DNA of 24,000 nt from contig JBAZMA010000010.1 of assembly GCA_041649995.1 (NCBI GenBank), positions 37,913 through 61,912 on the forward strand, in the 5' to 3' direction. The translations under genes and the position numbers were made by a program. This document shows positions 8,801 to 16,651 of this stretch, piece after piece. Position 1 is the stretch's first letter; every line of letters starts with the position of its first letter. The DNA is from Candidatus Omnitrophota bacterium (GTDB lineage Bacteria > Omnitrophota > Gorgyraeia > Velamenicoccales > Velamenicoccaceae). The notes beneath the pieces were generated by a model that saw only the letters and a program-made list of their open reading frames with translations, did not search any database and was not told where the DNA came from.

Positions 8801-10240
8801 CTATTTGCCTATACAAAATCTTGAAAAGATGGAATCCAGCAGCTCCTCATGAAAAACCTCGCCCGTCAACTCGCCCAGTCCGTTCAGCGCCCTGCGGACA
8901 TCAACAGCCGCGAATTCCAGAGGCGTCCCCTTGCGCAAGGTCTCAACGGCATCCTTAAGGGCCTGCGAAACATCCTTAAGGATGGCGATATGACGGACAT
9001 TGGAAACCAGGGGGCTTTCCCCAAGCTCCAGGGGACCGTCAAAAACGGCCTTCACGATCTCTTCTTCCAGCGCGACGATATTGCGCATTTTGAGCGCGGA
9101 AACTTCCGTCACGGGATGCGCGCCGAAGAATTCCCTGAACCGCTCGGCCCCGGGCACACCCGGCAGGTCGCACTTATTGACGACGCCGATCAGTTTTTTC
9201 CGCGCCTTCACGCGGGAATAAAGTTCAACGTCCAAATCTTCCAGGGGCGCGCTGGCGTCCACGACAAATAAAACAAGATCGCTACCCTCCACAGCGGCAT
9301 TGGCGCGCTCAACAGCCCGACGTTCGATCTCATCTCCGGCATCCAAAATCCCTGCGGTATCGATCAGGCAGACAGCCAACCCCTGAATATTCAGACACTC
9401 TTCAATCGTATCGCGCGTCGTGCCGGCGATCGGGGTCACGATGGCCCGCTCCGTCTTCAAAAGGGCGTTGAGCAAGGAAGATTTTCCCGTATTCGGCCGG
9501 CCGTAAATGACAACCTTCAAGCCCTCGCGGAGCAGGCGGCCCCGGAAACTTCCTTCGAGGAGGCTTTGCGTTTGCGAACAGACGCCTTCAAGCTTTTCGG
9601 CGTCCCGCACGTCCTCGGCCCTCAAGACTTCCTCCTCGGAAAAATCAAGCCGCGCCTCCATATCGGCCAGGATCTCCAGAAGGCCCGCGCGCAGGCCTTT
9701 GAAGATTCCGGAAAGTCCACCGGCAAGCTGTCCGAGGCTGTTCCTTAAAGCCAGGTCGCTGTTGGCCTGGATGACGTCTAAGACCGCCTCGGCCTGAGTG
9801 AGGTCCAGGCGGCCGTTCAGGAAAGCCCTTTTGGTAAATTCTCCCGGCTCTGCCGGCCTGGCCCCTTTCTCAACAAGCAATTCCAGGATCGCGCACAGAA
9901 CGCGGCTGCCTCCATGCGCGCTGATCTCCACGTTGTCCTCTTTGGTATAGCTCTTAGGAGCCCGCATCAGGGAAATAACGACTTCATCGACCACGCACGC
10001 GCCGACGGCGCGTGGATCGCTTCCTGATTTCCCAAAGGCCTCCTTGTCGCGCACGATCCAGCCGTATCGCAGGCAAAAACTCTTCATACCCGACAACGGT
10101 TTTGGATTCCGGCCGCAGAACACGAGATCCGCGATCTCCAAAGCCCGCGGCCCGCTCAAACGGATAATGCCTAACGCCCCCTGCCCTGCCGGTGTGGCGA
10201 TCGCCGCGATCGTATCGTTTAAGGACGCTATTTTTGCCAC
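8801..10240 (-). CDS. mnmE: tRNA modification GTPase MnmE (TrmE)
   Basis: GTG start after [34 protein letters not shown] domain [14 protein letters not shown]...DTAG...NKCD, and the C-terminal CIGK. Confidence 0.95.
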   Translation of the reverse strand: MAKIASLNDTIAAIATPAGQGALGIIRLSGPRALEIADLVFCGRNPKPLSGMKSFCLRYGWIVRDKEAFGKSGSDPRAVGACVVDEVVISLMRAPKSYTKEDNVEISAHGGSRVLCAILELLVEKGARPAEPGEFTKRAFLNGRLDLTQAEAVLDVIQANSDLALRNSLGQLAGGLSGIFKGLRAGLLEILADMEARLDFSEEEVLRAEDVRDAEKLEGVCSQTQSLLEGSFRGRLLREGLKVVIYGRPNTGKSSLLNALLKTERAIVTPIAGTTRDTIEECLNIQGLAVCLIDTAGILDAGDEIERRAVERANAAVEGSDLVLFVVDASAPLEDLDVELYSRVKARKKLIGVVNKCDLPGVPGAERFREFFGAHPVTEVSALKMRNIVALEEEIVKAVFDGPLELGESPLVSNVRHIAILKDVSQALKDAVETLRKGTPLEFAAVDVRRALNGLGELTGEVFHEELLDSIFSRFCIGK

Positions 10241-11604
10241 AGGGACCTCACCTCCCCGACGACAAAAAGGGAACCCGTAATGACAGCCACTTCCTGCGGC
10301 CCCATTTCCCTGCTGAGGATATCCAGGGCCTCTTCCACGCAGGAGGTCATTTTGAAAGGGCTGTTTTTGAAGTGAGTCTTCAAATCCGTCTCAGGGTCGG
10401 CGGCCCTGGGATTGGCCGAACGGGTCAGGATCACGCGATCGGCCAGAGACTCGAAAAGTTCGGCCAGACCTTTCAAATCCTTGTCTTTGGAAGCGCCGAA
10501 CACCAGCCACTTTCTGAACTGCCCGAATTCCTTCTCGATAAAATGCACCAGCCGATGCGCCGATTCCCTGTTATGGGCCCCATCAAGAATGATATAGGGC
10601 TGGGTGCTGATGACCTCAAGACGCCCCGGCCAATACGCCTGTTTCAGGCCTTCAGCCATGGCCGCGTAGGAAATGTCATGCCCGTAAAGGCTCAAGGCTT
10701 CGGCGGCCGCCAGGGCCAGGGCCGCGTTTCCCAACTGATGTTCCCCCAGCATGCGGATGTCAAAAAAATGCGATTTTCCGGCGATCCCCTGATAAAAGAA
10801 TTTCTGAGACAAAAGATCATTGGACAATCTTTTGTAGGAAAAATGCTTGTCCATCTCCAAGAGCGCGGCGCCTTCGGTCGAACAACGGCGGCGCAGAACC
10901 AGGGAAACTTCCTTGAGCTGGCAGGAAGAAACGCAAACACCTGCCTCCTGACGGCTTCTTCGGTTGGAGGACTTAACGATGCCCGCCTTTTCAAAAGCGA
11001 TCTCAGGCAGGGTGGTCCCCAAAACCTGCTCATGGTCGTAACTCACCGGGGTGATGACCGACACAAGCGAAGAGGCGACGTTTGTCGCGTCCAGCCGTCC
11101 CCCAAGACCCGTTTCCAGGACCACGAAATCCGTGTTCCTGGAGGCGAAATACTGAAAAGCCGCCGCGGTCAAAAATTCAAAAAAGGTCAGGGGCCCATGC
11201 TCGCCGGGACCCGCCTCAAACCGCGCTGCTTCCTCTGCCGTCTGTCCGATGAGTTCGGAGAATTCATTTTTCAGGATCATTCCCGGAAAAGATGAATGCT
11301 CGCCTGAGGTATGACGGGGGTCGAAAAGCCGGATCCGTTCGCGGATATCCTGAAGGTGCGGTGAAGTATAGAGGCCTGTGCGGTAACCGGCCTGCCTGAG
11401 GATTTGGGCGATGAAACAGGATGTCGAGCCTTTGCCCTTTGTCCCCGCGACATGGATGACGGACAATCGTTCCTGCGGATCACCGATGCTTTTCAAAAAG
11501 GCCTTGAGCCTCTCCAGCTTAAAAGACGACTTGTAGCCCTTCACAGGCTGTCGTTCGTAATTGATCAATCCTTCCAGATAGCCAAGCGCGTCTTCGTAGG
11601 TCAT
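10228..11604 (-). CDS. folC: Bifunctional folylpolyglutamate synthase / dihydrofolate synthase
   Basis: Mur-ligase P-loop HVAGTKGKGST, YTSPHL, VLETGLGGRLDATN and ILDGAHN. It overlaps mnmE by 13 nt. Confidence 0.93.
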   Translation of the reverse strand: MTYEDALGYLEGLINYERQPVKGYKSSFKLERLKAFLKSIGDPQERLSVIHVAGTKGKGSTSCFIAQILRQAGYRTGLYTSPHLQDIRERIRLFDPRHTSGEHSSFPGMILKNEFSELIGQTAEEAARFEAGPGEHGPLTFFEFLTAAAFQYFASRNTDFVVLETGLGGRLDATNVASSLVSVITPVSYDHEQVLGTTLPEIAFEKAGIVKSSNRRSRQEAGVCVSSCQLKEVSLVLRRRCSTEGAALLEMDKHFSYKRLSNDLLSQKFFYQGIAGKSHFFDIRMLGEHQLGNAALALAAAEALSLYGHDISYAAMAEGLKQAYWPGRLEVISTQPYIILDGAHNRESAHRLVHFIEKEFGQFRKWLVFGASKDKDLKGLAELFESLADRVILTRSANPRAADPETDLKTHFKNSPFKMTSCVEEALDILSREMGPQEVAVITGSLFVVGEVRSLWQK

Positions 11605-11660
11605 ATTTCCAGTTTTTCAGGCAACGGTTACCAGGCAACAGCAACAACTTATGGCTTATA

Positions 11661-11951
11661 GCGTCCGAATCCGATTTCCGACTTCTGATTTCGGACTTCA
11701 GACGTCAGATTTCCGATTTCCGACTTCTATCTTCTGCTTTTGCTATAAGCCATATGCTATAAGCCCTTGCTATAAGCTCTATGCCATACGCTCTAAGCCA
11801 ATCCTTCATTCTTAATTTTTAATTGTTCTTCGTCCCACGTCCGAACGTCCTCACGGTCATCGTCCTTCATCCCTCGGATTCTGACTTCTGCTTTTGCTAT
11901 AAGCCATACGCTATATGCTATAAGCTATACGCCATTCGCCATACGCTATAA
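11661..11951. repeat. Degenerate heptanucleotide tandem-repeat tract filling the purH-folC spacer
   Basis: On the + strand, in phase: GATTTCC GACTTCT GATTTCG GACTTCA GACGTCA GATTTCC GATTTCC GACTTCT (11673-11728). Then GCTATAA GCCATAT GCTATAA ... (11742-11803). Then CGTCCCA CGTCCGA ... (11831-). Then eight in-phase GCYATWN units (11896-11951). A 24-bp exact repeat, CTTCTGCTTTTGCTATAAGCCATA, occurs at 11731-11754 and 11885-11908. No ORF of 60 aa or more is present. Confidence 0.85.
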
Positions 11952-11956
11952 ACCGA

Positions 11957-13507
11957 CTAATGCTTGAAGTGCCTCATACCCGTCAAGACCATGGCCATGC
12001 CCGCCTTGTCGGCGGCGCGGATGATCTCTTCGTCGGCGATAGAGCCGCCGGGCTGAATCAGGGCCGCGATCCCGGCTTTTTTGGCCAGGGCGATATTGTC
12101 GGGCTTTGGGAGAAAAGCGTCGCTGGCAAGGACAGCTCCCCGGCTTCTCCCGCCCGCCCTCTTTACGGCCATAAAGACAGAATCCACGCGGCTTGTCTGC
12201 CCCATTCCAATCCCAACGGTCTTGGTCCCTTTGGCCAGGACAATGGCATTGGATTTGACATGGCGGGCGATCTTCCAGGCAAACCACAACGAGGCCCGCT
12301 GGGACGAAGTCGGTTTGCGGCGCGTCACAACGCGAAGACTCTGCGGATCGGGATCGGAGAGATCCATATCCTGGACCAGGAAACCCCCGTCGATCCTCTT
12401 GTAATCCAGTGGGCTTGGGTCCGCAGCGTTCAAGCCCATCTCCAGAAGCCTGAGATTCTTTTTGGACTTCAGCAAAGCGAGGGCTTCGGGTTCATACCCC
12501 GGGGCCAGCACGCATTCCAGAAATCCGCTTTTCAAAAGTTTTTTAGCGGTAACGGCGTCGACCGCCCTGTTGAGGCCGACAATCCCGCCAAAGGCGGAGA
12601 GCGGATCCGTGGCCCAGGCATCGCTGAAAGCCTTCGAAAGGGTCTTGGCCGTCGCGGCTCCGGCAGGATTGGTGTGTTTAATAACGCAGGCCGCGGGGTC
12701 TTTGAAAGCGCGGATGATGGCCAGGGCCGCGTTCAAATCCAGATAATTATTAAAGGAAAGCTCTTTGCCGTGAAGCTGACGGGCATTCACGAGGGTTTCT
12801 ACGGATTGCGAAGCGGACCAGCGGTAAAGCCCTGCGGTTTGATGCGGGTTCTCTCCATAGCGCAGGGAACAGACGCTGGAGAGGGAAACAACGACCTCTT
12901 CCTGGAGATTGGGTGCGCCCTGTTTTTTCAGATAGCCGGCTATGGCCGCGTCATAGCGGGCCGTCAATTCGAAGGCCTCGGCGGCCAGCTCGGACAACAA
13001 AGGCTCAGGCAAACTCCCCTGGTTCCTGCGCAGCTCCGAGGCGACGCGGGAATAAAGGCCGGGGCGGCAAACAACAGCAACGGAAGAATGGTTTTTCGCG
13101 GCCGACCGCAGCATGGAAGGCCCTCCGATATCGATCTGTTCGACCGCTTCCTCGAAAGAAACACCGGCCTTGCGGACCGTCTGCTCAAAAGGATACAGGT
13201 TGACCACGACCATATCGATAAAACCGATCCCCTGCCCGGCGAGCTGCTCGAGGTGCCCGGGGACATCGCGCCTGGCCAGGAGGCCGCCATGAATTTTTGG
13301 ATGAAGAGTCTTCACGCGGCCGTCGAGCATTTCCGGAAAGCCTGTGTAATCGGACATCTCGATGACAGGGACACCGGCCTCCCTTAAAACCCCGGCTGTC
13401 CCTCCGGTGGAAATGATCTCAACGCCTGCCTGCGCAAGAGTCCTGCCAAACTCGACAATGCCTGTCTTATCCGAAACACTGATCAATGCCCGCTTGATTT
13501 TTACCAT
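11957..13507 (-). CDS. purH: Bifunctional AICAR transformylase / IMP cyclohydrolase
   Basis: 516 aa. ALISVSDKTGIVEF...ISTGGTA..., KTLHPKIHGG and ...RYGENPHQ..., full length, ending ...RHFKH. Confidence 0.96.
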   Translation of the reverse strand: MVKIKRALISVSDKTGIVEFGRTLAQAGVEIISTGGTAGVLREAGVPVIEMSDYTGFPEMLDGRVKTLHPKIHGGLLARRDVPGHLEQLAGQGIGFIDMVVVNLYPFEQTVRKAGVSFEEAVEQIDIGGPSMLRSAAKNHSSVAVVCRPGLYSRVASELRRNQGSLPEPLLSELAAEAFELTARYDAAIAGYLKKQGAPNLQEEVVVSLSSVCSLRYGENPHQTAGLYRWSASQSVETLVNARQLHGKELSFNNYLDLNAALAIIRAFKDPAACVIKHTNPAGAATAKTLSKAFSDAWATDPLSAFGGIVGLNRAVDAVTAKKLLKSGFLECVLAPGYEPEALALLKSKKNLRLLEMGLNAADPSPLDYKRIDGGFLVQDMDLSDPDPQSLRVVTRRKPTSSQRASLWFAWKIARHVKSNAIVLAKGTKTVGIGMGQTSRVDSVFMAVKRAGGRSRGAVLASDAFLPKPDNIALAKKAGIAALIQPGGSIADEEIIRAADKAGMAMVLTGMRHFKH

Positions 13508-13544
13508 AAGATTCCTTGGAAGGGGCCCGTCTCTCCGGCCATTG

Positions 13545-14246
13545 TTAAACGCTGAATTTGAATTCGATCACATCCCCGTCGCGAACAATATACTCCTTGC
13601 CCTCCTGACGCAGAAGGCCTGAGCTTTTGGCTTGGTGGACATTGCCTGTCTTGACCAGTTCGTCAAAACCCATGACCTCGGCCCGGATAAATCCGCGGGC
13701 AAGGTCCGAATGGATGGCGTGGGCGGCCTCGACCGCGTTGGAACCTTTGCGGATCTCCCAGGCGCGGGCCTCTTTCACCCCTCCGGTCAGAAAACAGATC
13801 ATGCCCGCTTCATCATAAGCCTTACGGGCCAGGAAAGGAATATCCGCCATTTCCCCGGCTGAGGCAAAGATCACGGGCTTAATGGAGACGAAATTATTGT
13901 TGGACAGCCATTGCGCGTCTTCTGGAGAGAATTCTCCGCGGCAAAGCGGCGTTTCTTTTTCCAGAAGCGCCTGGCAACGCTCCAGAAGGGCCTTTTCCTG
14001 AGCCTCGGGCTGACGTTCCATCTTATGCTCTATGATCTCCATATCCAGGATCAAAAGGTCCAGGCGCTTGTCCTGGGGGCAGACGATGGCATCAGCGACC
14101 TTGATATCCTTTTCGGTCACGAATTCGACGGAAATGAACGTTGTTTTCTGGGCCTTGTAAAGTTCTTCGATCTTTTTTAAACGGGGTTCCGGCAGGGTTT
14201 TCTTGCCGAAAGGAAAGTCAGGAACGCCAAACACACATATCTTCAT
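13545..14246 (-). CDS. YchF-related protein lacking the canonical P-loop (DUF933/TGS-type C-terminus)
   Basis: The C-terminus (VKEARAWEIRKGSNAVEAAHAIHSDLARGFIRAEVMGFDELV...GLLRQEGKEYIVRDGDVIEFKFSV) is the YchF C-terminal domain. The N-terminus (MKICVFGVPDFPFGKKTLPEPRL) has no GxxxxGK[ST]. I use ATG 14246 (AAGGTG Shine-Dalgarno); the track start is GTG 14252. Confidence 0.8.
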   Translation of the reverse strand: MKICVFGVPDFPFGKKTLPEPRLKKIEELYKAQKTTFISVEFVTEKDIKVADAIVCPQDKRLDLLILDMEIIEHKMERQPEAQEKALLERCQALLEKETPLCRGEFSPEDAQWLSNNNFVSIKPVIFASAGEMADIPFLARKAYDEAGMICFLTGGVKEARAWEIRKGSNAVEAAHAIHSDLARGFIRAEVMGFDELVKTGNVHQAKSSGLLRQEGKEYIVRDGDVIEFKFSV

Positions 14247-14365
14247 AAACACCTTTTTTTAAATGACGGTTAGACATCGTAATTCCCAAATCCCAATATC
14301 CCATAACCCGGTCTGTTTACCTTGAGTATTCTAAGTCATTGGATATCGGCCTTGGTCGCTGATTC

Positions 14366-16324
14366 TTATTCCTCTTCCTGCTTGTGCCTGGGGTTCTGGG
14401 CCACGATCCCCTGCGCGATCCGGGCAGGAACTTCTTCATAGGAAGAAAAATGCATAACGTAACTGCCCCTGCCTCCTGTCATGGACCGCAGATCCGTGGC
14501 GTAGCGGAACATCTCCGCCAGGGGGACCAGGGCCTTGATCGTCTGGTTCTTGGAACGCGCCTCGACGCCCAACACGCGGCCCCGGCGGGAATTCAGGTCT
14601 GCCGGAATAGACCCCATGAACTCTTCAGGCACCGTGATCTCGACCTCCATGATGGGCTCCAGAAGAATGGGCTGCGCCTCCATGGCCGCTTTGCGAAAGG
14701 CGAGGGCCCCGGCGATCTGAAAAGCCATATCCGAAGAATCCACATCATGATAAGAGCCGTCATAGACCGTGGCCCGAACATCCACCATCGGGAAAGACGT
14801 GATGACCCCGCCGTTCATGGCGTTATGCACGCCTTTTTCCACCGAAGGGATAAAATTCCTCGGGATGGAACCGCCCACGATCTTGTCCACAAATTCAAAA
14901 TTCTTTCCGCGCTCCAAAGGCGCCAGCTCAAGCCACACGTCCCCGTACTGCCCGCGTCCGCCGGATTGTTTCTTATGCTTCCCCTGGGCTTTCGCCGTTT
15001 TCTTGAGCGTTTCCTTATACGGCACTTTGGGCGTGCCGATTTCAACATCCACGTGATAGCGCTCCCGGAGGCGTTTGACCATCACATCGATATGCTGGTC
15101 TCCCAGCCCGGAAATTATGGTTTCCTTGGTCTGCGCGTCGTGCGAAATCTTGAATGTCGGGTCGCTCAAACAGAGCTTCGAGAGCGCCTCGGAGATCTTT
15201 TCCTCATCCTGACGCGTCTTGGGTTTGATGGAAGATGAAAAGACGGGTTCCGGAAAGGCCAGGGGCGCGAAAAGCACGGGTTGCTTTTCATCGGTGAGAC
15301 TGTCGCCCAAATGCGTTTCTTTGAGTTTTGTGACGGCGACGATATCTCCGCAGGAGGCGGAGGGAACAGGCCTCTGCTCCTTGCCCTGCAACAGCATGAG
15401 TTGACCGATCCTCTCTTTGATCTGCCGGGTCGCGTTGTAAAAACCCGAGTTGGAAGCGATGGTCCCCGAAAAAACGCGAAGGATCGTCATCTGTCCGACA
15501 AAAGAGTCGGACAAAGATTTGAACACAAGGGCCGCGAAGGGTCCGTCCTGGACGCATCTTAAGGGGACAGGCTCTTTGGTCTTCTCGTCGGTCACGATGA
15601 CAGGCTTGCGTTCCAGCGGCGAGGGCAGATAATCCACAATGAAATCCAGGAGTTCTTTAAGACCCTTGTCTGTGGCGGCGGAACCGGCCAGGACAGGATA
15701 GATCTTCCCGTTGAACACAGCCTCTTTGAGGGCTTTTTTGAGCTCCTCCTCCCCGATCTCCTTGCCCTCAAGATAACGCTCCAGAAGGACGTCATTGGTT
15801 TCCGCGATGGTTTCGGTCAATTGCGCTGAAAAAGGCACGGAAATCAGGGTCGCCCCCTTGGAAAAGGTTTCACCGATCTCCTTCAAAACCTGCGCAAGAT
15901 CGACGTTATCCTTGTCCGTTTTATTGATGAAAATGAGCCGCGGCATCTGCTGCGCGTCCAGGCTGTCCCAGGCACGCTCCGTGCCGACCTCAATCCCGCT
16001 GGAGGCATCAATCAGGACAACGGCGCCGTCAACCGCGCTCAAGGCGCAGATCATATCCGCCGAAAAATCGGCGTACCCGGGCGTGTCGACCAGCTGGATC
16101 AGATGATTTCTCCAGGACAAATGACAAACGCTTGAATTGATGGAATTCTTGCGATGGATCTCGTCCGGATTGTAATCGCTGACCGTATTGCCTTCGGCGA
16201 TCGAACCCTTGCGGGAAACAGCCCCCGCGGCAAAAAGAAGCGCTTCCACGAGGCTCGTCTTTCCCGCTTGCGCATGAGACACAAAAACAACAGTCCTTCT
16301 GGCATCAGGTTTGAAATTATCCAT
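14366..16324 (-). CDS. Elongation factor G paralog (EF-G2-like translational GTPase)
   Basis: 652 aa. G1 is SHAQAGKTS, G3 is DTPGYADF and G4 is NKTD. Domains II-V are recognisable (...GRGQYGDVWLELAPLERG..., YDGSYHDVDSSDMAFQIAG, LLEPIMEVEITVPEEFMG, ...LAEMFRYATDLRSMTGGRGSY). A GGGAGATGAGAG Shine-Dalgarno precedes the start. Confidence 0.9.
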   Translation of the reverse strand: MDNFKPDARRTVVFVSHAQAGKTSLVEALLFAAGAVSRKGSIAEGNTVSDYNPDEIHRKNSINSSVCHLSWRNHLIQLVDTPGYADFSADMICALSAVDGAVVLIDASSGIEVGTERAWDSLDAQQMPRLIFINKTDKDNVDLAQVLKEIGETFSKGATLISVPFSAQLTETIAETNDVLLERYLEGKEIGEEELKKALKEAVFNGKIYPVLAGSAATDKGLKELLDFIVDYLPSPLERKPVIVTDEKTKEPVPLRCVQDGPFAALVFKSLSDSFVGQMTILRVFSGTIASNSGFYNATRQIKERIGQLMLLQGKEQRPVPSASCGDIVAVTKLKETHLGDSLTDEKQPVLFAPLAFPEPVFSSSIKPKTRQDEEKISEALSKLCLSDPTFKISHDAQTKETIISGLGDQHIDVMVKRLRERYHVDVEIGTPKVPYKETLKKTAKAQGKHKKQSGGRGQYGDVWLELAPLERGKNFEFVDKIVGGSIPRNFIPSVEKGVHNAMNGGVITSFPMVDVRATVYDGSYHDVDSSDMAFQIAGALAFRKAAMEAQPILLEPIMEVEITVPEEFMGSIPADLNSRRGRVLGVEARSKNQTIKALVPLAEMFRYATDLRSMTGGRGSYVMHFSSYEEVPARIAQGIVAQNPRHKQEEE

Positions 16325-16493
16325 CTCTCATCTCCCTCTCTTGTCGGCGTTGAGGAAATTGGCTCAAAGTCCCGGGAATTTTCGAAGGAAGCGCTTTCGA
16401 AAAACCAAGACCTTCGCACCATGATGAGCCCGCGTAAGTTGACTGCCGGGGTCCGAAGGTTTAAGTCCCTGCGATAAAAAACGTTAGGTTTCT

Positions 16494-16522
16494 ATTATAA
16501 TTGATAAAACCTTAAGCGTCAA
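16494..16522 (-). promoter_or_regulatory. Near-consensus sigma70-type promoter for the EF-G paralog
   Basis: The minus strand reads TTGACG (16522..16517), a 17-nt spacer, then TATAAT (16499..16494). This implies a 5' leader of about 160 nt before the ATG at 16324. Confidence 0.55.
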
Positions 16523-16590
16523 TAAAATGGGGCAAAAGGAGCTTCACGGGGATCTTTTGAGCGTCTCGAGAGAAAAGGAAGCGGGACTGA

Positions 16591-16627
16591 GGAAAAAATA
16601 AGCCTTTTTCGCAAAAAAAAGGCTTAT
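16591..16627 (-). terminator. Rho-independent terminator after kamA
   Basis: The minus strand reads ATAAGCCTTTTT..loop..AAAAAGGCTTAT (12-bp stem, 16627..16616 with 16609..16598) followed by TTTTT. It lies 25 nt downstream of the kamA stop. Confidence 0.8.
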
Positions 16628-16651
16628 GGGGGACAGCTTTAAAACGGTTTT

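Noticed and set aside
11661-11951. GGA-rich minus-strand transcript (12 GGA in about 350 nt, e.g. AUGAAGGAC, AUGAAGGAU, GGAAAUCGGAAAUC), suggesting a CsrA/RsmA-titrating sponge RNA.
   Set aside because: The enrichment is only about 2-fold over expectation. It is a by-product of the heptamer consensus. The GGA motifs are not obviously presented in hairpin loops. No promoter or terminator delimits an sRNA, and no csrA gene is visible. I kept it only as a remote possibility.
11960-13387. Long + strand ORFs in the track: 11960-13387 (475 aa), 10192-11295 (367 aa), 22652-23758 (368 aa), 16697-17737 (346 aa), 14384-15238 (284 aa), 18890-19651 (253 aa), 1444-2028, 3120-3731 and 3538-4152.
   Set aside because: Each lies antisense to a minus-strand gene that has unmistakable conserved motifs (purH, folC, M20, kamA, EF-G, ABC permease, padR, L,D-transpeptidase). 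Their translations are Arg/Gly/Pro/His-rich and low in complexity, with no recognisable motifs. They are shadow ORFs.
16379-16403. A GAAGGAAGC string resembling the conserved helix-8 region of SRP (4.5S) RNA.
   Set aside because: The surrounding sequence lacks the GGUCC-GGAA tetraloop context and the long closing helix of SRP RNA. The element sits inside a simple TTTTCGAA/TTCGAAAA hairpin in an mRNA leader.
16527-16601. A 24-codon + strand ORF (MGQKELHGDLLSVSREKEAGLRKK) in the kamA/EF-G intergenic region.
   Set aside because: It has no Shine-Dalgarno and no convincing + strand promoter. The adjacent hairpin has a U-tract only on the minus strand. The ORF overlaps the -35 region of the minus-strand promoter.
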